Of a DNA stretch of 36,557 nucleotides, positions 22,632 through 30,342 are shown one piece after another; position 1 is the stretch's first letter, and every line of letters begins with the position of its first letter. The position numbers and the translations under genes were made by a program. Origin of the DNA: a virus. The notes beneath the pieces were generated by a model that saw only the letters and a list, made by a program, of their open reading frames with translations, was not told the DNA's origin and made no database searches. The stretch is taken from the IMG/VR virus record IMGVR_UViG_3300045988_075937; one strand, given 5' to 3'.

Positions 22632-24011
22632 TTATCGTTCCGCTTCCAGAATTTTCATAATGGACGACAGCGTGTTGTCCGTAATGCCGTCTGCAGAAAG
22701 CCTGCCCGCAATGTCGTCCAGACTGTAGCCACTCGCCAGCATGCCGCGCGCCGTTGCAAGTCCGCTGCGCAGCGGACTGCTACGGGTGTTTGCCCGCTCA
22801 CTGGTGCCGCTGCTTCCCGCCGTGCTGTTTTTCAGCCACCCTGCGTCCGTCAGGGTCTTCTGGTAGAAGTCATACAGCGGGTCTGTCTTCTTCATCCCGG
22901 AGAATTTTGTTGCCATCGTCTGCAGCTGGCTGTTGGTAAAGCCGGTCGTTCCCGTCTTGCTGCTGCCAGAGCTTGTGTTTCCGCTCTTTGTGCTGCTCGT
23001 TCTGCTGCTCCCGCTGCCGGTCGTCTTGTAACGGTTATTCAGTGCCAGCTGGCTTGCTGTGTAATTCAGCTGCCGCTGGTTCAGTGTGGGCGAATAGTCA
23101 ATGCTGCCGGTATCTACGCCCGCCATCTGCAGGTAGTTTTTGGCTGCAGTATCGTTGCCGCTTCCTGCAAGGCTTGCGCCCTGCAGCAGTGCTGCCATCT
23201 GATCCTGCTGCACACTGCTCATACCCTGCCATGTATCCAGCATCGTCCCGTCCAAGCCATATTTCGTCAGCACTGCTTTCGCTGCATCATCAAAGCCCGC
23301 CTGTTTGTATGCGGCGGCCTGCTGCAGCGCCGCCACCTGATCGCTCAGCTGAGTGCGTGCCAGACTGTCATTGTACTGTTTTTCCTTGAACTCGTTCTCC
23401 CACTTCTGCTGGCTGTACCCCTTGTACGCGTCGTATCCTTCCATCACCGTGCTGCCAATGCCCTTCACGGCGTTCCACACATTGTTCCAGAAGTCGCTGT
23501 TCTCCTGTCGTGCCTGCTGGGTGCGGTCATAAAGGTAATTGCGCCAGTTTGCTGCATTGCTCACGCTGCTGTCATACTCGCCGCGTTCCAGTGCGCGCTG
23601 TCCCAGCAAGGCATCCAGCCGGTCGCCCGCACCGGCAAGCTCCTGCTGCCACTGGGCCAGCGCGTCCGCCCGGGCCGCAGCAAGGGTGCTGCCGGTGTTT
23701 GCCGTCTGCGCCGCTGCTGCCTGATCTGCCGCGCTCTTCGCATAGTCCGCGCCATACCCGCCGGAAAGCGCATCTGTGGTCGCTGCTGCAGCATCTGCAC
23801 CGGCATTCGCATTGCCCGTCATCCGTGTCAGTGCGTCCTTGTAGCCGCTGTCTGCCGTGGTAAAGTCAAAGCCAGCACCGCTGGCCGTGCCCATCTTGTC
23901 CAGCGTGTCGGCAATGCCTTGCGCATACTGGTCATCGTAGGCCCCCGGCATGGCGTTTTCTGCGTCCTGCAGGCGCTGCTGCGCGTCGTTCAATCTCTTG
24001 ATGGTCCCCAT
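22632..24011 (-). CDS. Putative internal virion protein (459 aa), paralogous at its N-terminus to the upstream 200-aa protein
   Basis: GGAG lies 7 nt upstream of the ATG at 24011. Collinear motifs are shared with 24028..24630. A Ser/Thr-rich linker is present. Confidence 0.7.
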   Translation of the reverse strand: MGTIKRLNDAQQRLQDAENAMPGAYDDQYAQGIADTLDKMGTASGAGFDFTTADSGYKDALTRMTGNANAGADAAAATTDALSGGYGADYAKSAADQAAAAQTANTGSTLAAARADALAQWQQELAGAGDRLDALLGQRALERGEYDSSVSNAANWRNYLYDRTQQARQENSDFWNNVWNAVKGIGSTVMEGYDAYKGYSQQKWENEFKEKQYNDSLARTQLSDQVAALQQAAAYKQAGFDDAAKAVLTKYGLDGTMLDTWQGMSSVQQDQMAALLQGASLAGSGNDTAAKNYLQMAGVDTGSIDYSPTLNQRQLNYTASQLALNNRYKTTGSGSSRTSSTKSGNTSSGSSKTGTTGFTNSQLQTMATKFSGMKKTDPLYDFYQKTLTDAGWLKNSTAGSSGTSERANTRSSPLRSGLATARGMLASGYSLDDIAGRLSADGITDNTLSSIMKILEAER

Positions 24012-24027
24012 CCCTTTTCTCCTTTCA

Positions 24028-24630
24028 TCACATAAAGAACAGCGGCAGGATCTTCGCCGCAATGCTTGCCACCTGCAGCGCCCCGTTCACAAAATTCTGC
24101 CATCCGTTCTGCTTTGCGCTGTAGGCGTTATCATATTCGTTCTTTTTGTACTGCAAACCCTCGTTCCAGTTGGCAAGATCGTTCTGGTACTGGCTGTAGT
24201 CCTGCTTTTCCGCGCTCTGCAGCCCGCTCAGCTGCTGCTGCAGGCCGCTTTTCTCCGTGTTGTACTGGGCCTTGCTCTGGCTGTAAAGGTTGTCCAGCAC
24301 ATTGTCCAAACGGTTCATCGTGCTGGCATAGGCGTTCTGTCCCGCCTGTGTGCCGTAGCTGGAGCCGTAGCCGCCGGTCATGGCGGCGGCGTTCGCCTGC
24401 GCATTCTGGTTTGCCAGCTTTGCCTGCCGGGTGTACTGGTTCTTGTACTGTTGATAAGCTGCATCTGCATCCGGGTCATAATCAAACTCGCCCATATTTT
24501 CCAGCTTGCCCATCACATCCTTGATCTGGCTCTGATACTTGCTCTGGTAGTCCGCAGGCTTCGTTTTCTCATACTGTTCCAGGTTGTACCGCGCCGTGTT
24601 CAGGCGGTCATTGTTTCCAAACAATCCCAT
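24028..24630 (-). CDS. Putative internal virion protein (200 aa), Q/N/Y-rich with a hydrophobic C-terminus
   Basis: RBS GAAGGAA. Composition and position support the call. Confidence 0.65.
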   Translation of the reverse strand: MGLFGNNDRLNTARYNLEQYEKTKPADYQSKYQSQIKDVMGKLENMGEFDYDPDADAAYQQYKNQYTRQAKLANQNAQANAAAMTGGYGSSYGTQAGQNAYASTMNRLDNVLDNLYSQSKAQYNTEKSGLQQQLSGLQSAEKQDYSQYQNDLANWNEGLQYKKNEYDNAYSAKQNGWQNFVNGALQVASIAAKILPLFFM

Positions 24631-24633
24631 CTT

Positions 24634-24825
24634 TTATGTTCCTTCCCCGTTCATCCGTTCCAAAAATTCTTCCGAGCAGTTCTCCCGGTCAATGTTCGTC
24701 AGCACATAGCTCAGCTGTTCCGTCAGCTGGTACAGGTAATTCCGTAGCGCACGGGCATCTTCTGCCGGCATCTCACTGCTGAAGGAAGGCAATGCAATGC
24801 CTTCCAGTCCCGCCAAACTTGCCAT
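24634..24825 (-). CDS. Hypothetical structural-module protein (63 aa)
   Basis: AAGGAG lies 7 nt upstream of the ATG. Confidence 0.55.
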   Translation of the reverse strand: MASLAGLEGIALPSFSSEMPAEDARALRNYLYQLTEQLSYVLTNIDRENCSEEFLERMNGEGT

Positions 24826-24841
24826 TTCTATGCTCCTTTCC

Positions 24842-26743
24842 TCATTTTCTCGGCTGTGCCGCGCTCACTCGCTCACCGGTCGCCGCCGCCAGCGTAAAGG
24901 CCACACTACGCAGCACCATCTGCCCTGTGCCGTAGATCTTCAGCTGCAGCGTATCTGCCCGCCGGGGCACAAAGGGCAGGTTGATGCGCTGGTGATCCTT
25001 CCCTGCCGCGCAGGTGCCCAAAGTTTCAAAAGCTCCGCCGTCATAGCTTGCAGCCACCGTCACCACCGTGTGGGCCAGTGCATCCAGCCGCACCGTCACC
25101 CGGCTGATGTACTTGTCGTCCGGTACGCTCAGGCCAATGTCGCCGCTCACCGCTTCAAACTGCAGCGCCGTTTCCTGCCCTGCTTCCTCCGTGTCGCTTT
25201 CCCGGTCAGGATCTGCGGCCCACAGTACGCTGCCGTCCCACAGGTACAGCTGCTGCCCGGTGGATACCATCTCGGTGCCTGCAGCGCTTTCCTCGTGCCA
25301 CAGGCCTTTTTCCGTGTCGTATACCAAAAGCCGTCCGGCCTGCGGGCCGCCTGCTTTCTGGTGCAGGTACAGGTAATACCGCATGTCCATGCTTCCCGCC
25401 ATGGCCCAGTCCACCGCAGTCAGCCCGCTGGTGTCCAGCGCAGCGGATACCTTTGTCGGCAGGCTTCCGCCCCATGCCATCACCCCGTCCGGCGAAAGAT
25501 AATACAGCGTCTCTGCGATCACGCACAGGCTGTTCGCTGCGTTTGCCGCCACGCCCCGGCAGCGCACGCTGCTCATCTGGTAATCGCTGGGCTTTGTGCC
25601 GTACAGTTTGTGGATGCAGTTTTCCTTGAAGAATAGCAGGTATCCCAGACAGCTTGCAGCGCCGGTAAATGCGCCGTCACTGCCCACGCTCACGGCATAG
25701 CTGTCCGCTGCAATGCCCTGATAGCTGTACCAGTTGGTCGGGTCGCCCAGAGCGCAGGCGTAAATGGTGTTCTCCTTCCGGCTGCACCCCCACACCCGGT
25801 TTCCCTGTTCCGTCACAAAGTCCAGTTCCGGCACCCGCCGCTCCACCTTCACCGGTGCGGCCGCTGCATCGTTCTCGGTCACGGTACCGTCGGCGCTCTT
25901 CCATGTCACACCGGTCTCCGTCACGGTCCAGCTGCCGTAATACCGGTCGCTGTCCTCGGCCCGTGTCAGCACTGCCACCATCTCATCGCCGTCCATGGTC
26001 TGGATCATCACCTCACCGTTCAGTCCTTTTGCCACTGCGTTGCACACTGCGTCCGGCATCCCGCTTATGGTCACAGTGTCCCCCTCCCGGATCACTCCGC
26101 CGATCCCCGGACACCGGATCTTCACCGCGCTCAGCAGCACTTCCACCCACTTTTTGTTTTTTGCACTGTAGCGTAGCAGCACCGCATTGCTGTCATAGGC
26201 TTCGTCGCTGTCACTTTTCAAAAACAGCTGTCCGTCCTCCGGCTCTTTCGGTTCGGTCTTGCCTGCGCCTGCCGGGGTGTATGTCCGGCCTTCGGCATCG
26301 CAGGGGGTCACGGTCACGCTTTTCCCGCCCATCTCCCACTGTGCGCCAAGGCGCGTCAGTTCGCCGGTGCCCGTGTCAAAAGCCACCTTGTCAGGCCAGA
26401 TCAGCACTTTTGTGCCCATGCCCGCCATGGCCTTGCGGTCATCGGTCAGCACGTTCTCCAGCACCACCGCACCGGTACGTACTTCTTCGTCCGGGGTGTA
26501 TTCCAGCGTCTTTCCGCGGCAGATCAGCAGCCCATTCAGGTGGTACATTCCGTTCACACCCTGTACCGTCCGCACATTCCTGCGCATTTTCCGCGTCTGC
26601 AGCGCCGGGTATCCCCGGCTGGAAAAATTCATTTCCCCGCTGAACTCTGCCTCGCTGCAGCCATATCCTTCATTCAGCCCACCAAAGGCCCGCAGCATCT
26701 GGCGGCTCGTCTGCAGCACGTTCAGGTTCGTTCCGTCCATCAT
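24842..26743 (-). CDS. Large tail protein (633 aa), possibly tail-tubular/nozzle-like
   Basis: Position after the connector gene in a T7-like gene order. The product assignment rests on synteny only. Confidence 0.4.
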   Translation of the reverse strand: MMDGTNLNVLQTSRQMLRAFGGLNEGYGCSEAEFSGEMNFSSRGYPALQTRKMRRNVRTVQGVNGMYHLNGLLICRGKTLEYTPDEEVRTGAVVLENVLTDDRKAMAGMGTKVLIWPDKVAFDTGTGELTRLGAQWEMGGKSVTVTPCDAEGRTYTPAGAGKTEPKEPEDGQLFLKSDSDEAYDSNAVLLRYSAKNKKWVEVLLSAVKIRCPGIGGVIREGDTVTISGMPDAVCNAVAKGLNGEVMIQTMDGDEMVAVLTRAEDSDRYYGSWTVTETGVTWKSADGTVTENDAAAAPVKVERRVPELDFVTEQGNRVWGCSRKENTIYACALGDPTNWYSYQGIAADSYAVSVGSDGAFTGAASCLGYLLFFKENCIHKLYGTKPSDYQMSSVRCRGVAANAANSLCVIAETLYYLSPDGVMAWGGSLPTKVSAALDTSGLTAVDWAMAGSMDMRYYLYLHQKAGGPQAGRLLVYDTEKGLWHEESAAGTEMVSTGQQLYLWDGSVLWAADPDRESDTEEAGQETALQFEAVSGDIGLSVPDDKYISRVTVRLDALAHTVVTVAASYDGGAFETLGTCAAGKDHQRINLPFVPRRADTLQLKIYGTGQMVLRSVAFTLAAATGERVSAAQPRK

Positions 26744-26746
26744 CCC

Positions 26747-27130
26747 TCAGTACCTCCACTGCGCACCAGCGGCCGGTGCGTACCGCTTCCGCATCCATAC
26801 GGCAAATTCCTGCAGGTAGTCGCTGTACACCTGCAGCTCATTCATGGCCCGTGCTGTCTCGCCCAGCGCCAGATCCATCTGCGCACACATCCAGTGCACA
26901 TACAAAGGGCAAAAGGCTTCCGGTGCCAGCAGCACCGTTTCGTATTCCAATCCTTCGTTCCAGTTCACATCCGCACCCACAGCATCAAAGTCCGCCGTCC
27001 GGCTGCGCTGCACAATGCTCGTGCGCATCCGGGCATCGCACTGGTGCAGCCAGCTCTGTTTCAGGCTGTCCGTAAACTGGTTGTTCGGCCGCAGTTCATC
27101 GGCCTGTTCTATCGCCTGTCCGGCTGTCAT
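26747..27130 (-). CDS. Putative head-tail connector/adaptor protein (127 aa)
   Basis: AAGGAG RBS. First gene after the capsid-module terminator. Assignment rests on position. Confidence 0.4.
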   Translation of the reverse strand: MTAGQAIEQADELRPNNQFTDSLKQSWLHQCDARMRTSIVQRSRTADFDAVGADVNWNEGLEYETVLLAPEAFCPLYVHWMCAQMDLALGETARAMNELQVYSDYLQEFAVWMRKRYAPAAGAQWRY

Positions 27131-27219
27131 CTTATCAAGTCTCCTTTCCGGTCAGCTCCTGCTGCACAGGTCACGGTTCCCTGCGTTCTTCCTGCCGCAG
27201 CCAGCAGTCGCCTCTGCTG

Positions 27220-27260
27220 CAAAAACACCCGGCACAGCCATGTGCCGCTGTACCGGGTGT
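27220..27260 (-). terminator. Terminator after the capsid module (14-bp stem with 1 mismatch, then a T-run)
   Basis: ACACCCGGCACAGC / GCTGTACCGGGTGT read directly. Confidence 0.6.
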
Positions 27261-27314
27261 CTGTTTTCATTTTGCAAAATGCTCTTTTCTTTGCAAGAGC
27301 CGTGCTCTTCGGCC

Positions 27315-27590
27315 TTACACGCGCTGTGCCTGCTGCACAGCAGCGCTTTCCGCCGCCACGATCTTTGCCATTGCCTCGCCGTCCATCTCTTCGCTGTGGC
27401 GCAGCACCTCAGCAACCGCCTTCGGTACCTCCACGTCCACACCGCGCTGGATCAGGTAGGTCTCACCGTTCACGCCCACGAACACCGGCGTTTTGTAGCG
27501 CTGGTTGTCCTTGAACAGCCGGATCACCTCCGTGTCCTTTTCCGGTGCTGCCTGCACAACGGCTTCGGTCTCCTGCTTCTTTACTGCCAT
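27315..27590 (-). CDS. Hypothetical capsid-module protein (91 aa)
   Basis: AAGGAGG lies 7 nt upstream of the ATG, immediately downstream of the major capsid gene. Confidence 0.6.
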   Translation of the reverse strand: MAVKKQETEAVVQAAPEKDTEVIRLFKDNQRYKTPVFVGVNGETYLIQRGVDVEVPKAVAEVLRHSEEMDGEAMAKIVAAESAAVQQAQRV

Positions 27591-27602
27591 GTTGGTTCCT
27601 CC

Positions 27603-28625
27603 TTAGTTTGCCAGCGCCTTTGCGCTGTAGCGTGCCGAGCAGCTCTCAATGCGCACCATGTACTGTTCGCTCAGCCGTTCCGCCGTCTTGGTGGCCTTCC
27701 AGCCCACAGAAGCACGCTGGTTCAGCGGGTCATCGCCGTAGCCCAGTTGCTTCACAATGTGCTGCATGCCGCCGCCTTCCAGTTCGGTGGTCGCGTAGGC
27801 GTGGGCACCCAGTACCAGCGTGCTGTACACAGCCAGCCCCGCCGGGCAGCCATCGCCCTTCCACACCTTTGCCTCGCTGGAAACCACGAACCGCACGTTG
27901 TTGATCTTGCCGATCTCGCCGTTGAAGATCTCCTCCGGTGCCGCATACTTGTGCGCCTCGATCCAGTTCGGGTCCTTGCGGATATCGTAGCTGGTGTGCG
28001 GGTGCACAATGGCCACAAAGCTGTCGCCAATGGGGTCTGCGTTCTGGGTCTGCAGCAGCGCCACTGCCTGGTCGATCAGATCCACCGTCAGCTGTGCAGT
28101 GGCATCCAGATCCGCACGGCTGGTCACGGCGGTCTCCGCGCCGCCCGTTCCGATCTTCGGTGCATAGATCACGTTGGTGCCGCCGTTCAGGATATCGCGC
28201 ACAATGGTGTCCATGGTACGGCCGCCCTGGCTTGCCAGCACATTGGTGGCCTGCACGATGTTGTTGTCAATGGCCGTCAGATCCAGCATGTCGGTCAGGG
28301 GCACCCAGCCGCCGTACTGGTGCACCTCGGCGGTCACGGTGGTCACGTTCAGCGCCTGACCTGCCGGGGTCACGCCCTCGGTCAGCGGCGTGGTGGCCTT
28401 GGGCAGCGCATCATACTTGCGGAACTCAATGGTCTTGCCGTTGTTCGCCGGAATCGGGTAACTGTCGCCGAACTGGTCATGCACCAGTGCAGGCTCTGCC
28501 AGATCCAGCAGGGTCTTTTCGTAGTAGGTCTTCATCTCAGCCGTCATACCGGCTGCGCCTGTGGTGTTCTGCAGCTGTGCGCTTGCGTCCGCAAACATCT
28601 GCAGATCCAGTCTCTTCTTGCTCAT
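27603..28625 (-). CDS. Major capsid protein, N4-gp56-like (HK97 fold) with an N-terminal Prp-type propeptide (MSKKRLDLQMFA|DAS)
   Basis: AGGAGG lies 8 nt upstream of the ATG at 28625. The pattern TIEFRKYDALPKATTPLTEGVTP is typical of the family. Confidence 0.85.
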   Translation of the reverse strand: MSKKRLDLQMFADASAQLQNTTGAAGMTAEMKTYYEKTLLDLAEPALVHDQFGDSYPIPANNGKTIEFRKYDALPKATTPLTEGVTPAGQALNVTTVTAEVHQYGGWVPLTDMLDLTAIDNNIVQATNVLASQGGRTMDTIVRDILNGGTNVIYAPKIGTGGAETAVTSRADLDATAQLTVDLIDQAVALLQTQNADPIGDSFVAIVHPHTSYDIRKDPNWIEAHKYAAPEEIFNGEIGKINNVRFVVSSEAKVWKGDGCPAGLAVYSTLVLGAHAYATTELEGGGMQHIVKQLGYGDDPLNQRASVGWKATKTAERLSEQYMVRIESCSARYSAKALAN

Positions 28626-28683
28626 TTGTTTATCCTCCTTCAAAAGGGTTTATCTTTCTCGCATTCTTCGCGCGGGAAATCTC

Positions 28684-30048
28684 TCACAGCACAATGCGTT
28701 CTCCGCGCTGTGCCCTGCGTGCCAGCTCTTTCCGCTGCTGCCGCGTCATGTGGGCCACATCCACCTTCATCTCGGCCGCGCCGCCTGGATGTGTCCCGTT
28801 CTCAGCCGGGCGCTGGCTGCGCTGCTGGATGCGCGTTGCCACGCCCTGCTCCACCTGTTTTGCCGTGCGGGCCGTCTGGTTTTCCATCAGGCGGTCAAAG
28901 TAGGCTGCACGGTACGCCGCTTCCAGCCCCACGCCCCGCCGGATCATATCCGCCACGGCAGGGTTGTTCAGCACTTCGTCCAGCTCAAAGTCCGGGTAGC
29001 TGTTTTTCAGCTTTGCCGCTTCCGCTTCCCACCGGGCACGCACTGCCGCTGCACGCTGCTGGTGCTCCGCGGCCAGCCGCAGCTGTTCGGCCTGCTGCTT
29101 TTCAGCATTGGCGCGCTGCAGCTGGCCCTCCATGCGGTCCATCTCCCGCGCGGTTTTCACGCTGATGCCCCGCTGCGCCGCCAGCGTTTCATAATATTCA
29201 TCGTTCTTCACCCGGCCGTTTTTCACGGCATCGATCAGCCCGTCCATGTCGCTCATGTCAATGCCGTAGGCTTCGGCCAGCACCTTGCCCAGCTCGTTCA
29301 GCTGCGGGTTTTCCCGGATGCTCTGCACCGCCATCCGCGCAGCATGCTGCATGGCCTCTTCAAACTCTTCCGGGTACTGCTGCATCGCCTTTGCAAAGGC
29401 ATTCCGGCGCTGTTCCGGTGTCAGCTGCACGTTTTCTTCGGTTTCGCCGCCCTGCTCCTGCTCGTTGCCCTTGTCCGGTTCAGCTTCCTCCTGCGTCAGC
29501 CGTTCGGCATCGACTTTGGCTCCCTCATTGAGGGAGCTGCCGCCTGCAGGCGGCTGAAGGTTTTTTTCTGTCGTCGCTTTTGCTGCTTTGCCCGGCCTGC
29601 TGCGTTTCGCAAGCCGCTCCTGTGCGGGCCGCAGGGCAGGCGGTGCCACCGGGCTGCTTTCGCCCTCTGAAGCTTGCGCACCGTCACCGGAACTGCCAGC
29701 TGCTGCACCGTCACCAAATAACTGCAGATCCATGTTGTCTGCATCGTTTGCATGCAGGTTCATGAGCTGCACATTCTCAGGGTACTGCTGGGCCAGCAGG
29801 TACAGCCCATCTATCACCAGCTCAAACTTCGCCAGAGTGTCAAGGCTCCGGTTCGCCTGTACACGCAGGATGTTGTCCCCGCCCGGGTCGCAGGTCACAG
29901 TGCCGCTATCCACGCTGTAAGCCAGGCTCTGCATCAGTGTGCTCACCGCCGCGCACACAATGTCCTGTCCTTTCGGCGCATAGCCCGCGTGTCCCGATGC
30001 CTGCAGGCTCATGTCCTTCCCTTTTTCGTCGTAAATAATGGTGATCAT
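28684..30048 (-). CDS. Fusion ORF (454 aa): Prp-family cysteine protease (aa 1-100) plus scaffolding protein (aa 106-454)
   Basis: MIT...SGHAGYAPKGQDIVCAAVS...YPENVQL matches Prp (His20/Cys32). An MDLQLFG|DG motif follows, then an acidic coiled-coil C-terminal region. There is no stop and no RBS between the two parts. Confidence 0.85.
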   Translation of the reverse strand: MITIIYDEKGKDMSLQASGHAGYAPKGQDIVCAAVSTLMQSLAYSVDSGTVTCDPGGDNILRVQANRSLDTLAKFELVIDGLYLLAQQYPENVQLMNLHANDADNMDLQLFGDGAAAGSSGDGAQASEGESSPVAPPALRPAQERLAKRSRPGKAAKATTEKNLQPPAGGSSLNEGAKVDAERLTQEEAEPDKGNEQEQGGETEENVQLTPEQRRNAFAKAMQQYPEEFEEAMQHAARMAVQSIRENPQLNELGKVLAEAYGIDMSDMDGLIDAVKNGRVKNDEYYETLAAQRGISVKTAREMDRMEGQLQRANAEKQQAEQLRLAAEHQQRAAAVRARWEAEAAKLKNSYPDFELDEVLNNPAVADMIRRGVGLEAAYRAAYFDRLMENQTARTAKQVEQGVATRIQQRSQRPAENGTHPGGAAEMKVDVAHMTRQQRKELARRAQRGERIVL

Positions 30049-30066
30049 TTTATTCTCCTTCCCCGG

Positions 30067-30330
30067 TCACTTGTTCAGATCGATCTGCTCGATCGCCGCC
30101 CGGATCTCCATCGTTTCCAGATACATTCCCATGCGTTTCTGCTGCTCCCGCAGCAGTTCAAGCGGGCAATCATGCCTCGGCTCTTCCCTTCCGGTCCTTT
30201 CCGCCGCCTCGATCCGGTTGCAAAACCCTTTCAGTCTTTCGTACCGTTCCTTCGTCTGCCGGTACTCCGCTTTAAAGCGTTCCCGGTAGTCGTTACTGAT
30301 CATGCCATCGATGGTGTCTTTCAGCTCCAT
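30067..30330 (-). CDS. Small helical protein (87 aa) between portal and scaffold
   Basis: AGGAGG RBS. It vaguely resembles small 'crAss001_48-related' helical proteins (low confidence). Confidence 0.55.
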   Translation of the reverse strand: MELKDTIDGMISNDYRERFKAEYRQTKERYERLKGFCNRIEAAERTGREEPRHDCPLELLREQQKRMGMYLETMEIRAAIEQIDLNK

Positions 30331-30342
30331 GCCGTTCCTCCT

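Noticed and set aside
20589-24035. Very long plus-strand ORFs: 1148 aa here, plus 15687..18482 (931 aa), 29752..32523 (923 aa), 26844..29165 (773 aa), 10803..12503, 33386..34963, 33729..35285 and 1539..2945.
   Set aside because: All run antisense to well-supported minus-strand genes. They have Arg/Pro/Cys/Ala/His-rich, low-complexity translations, lack convincing RBSs, and are the expected stop-poor shadow frames of G+C-rich coding DNA.
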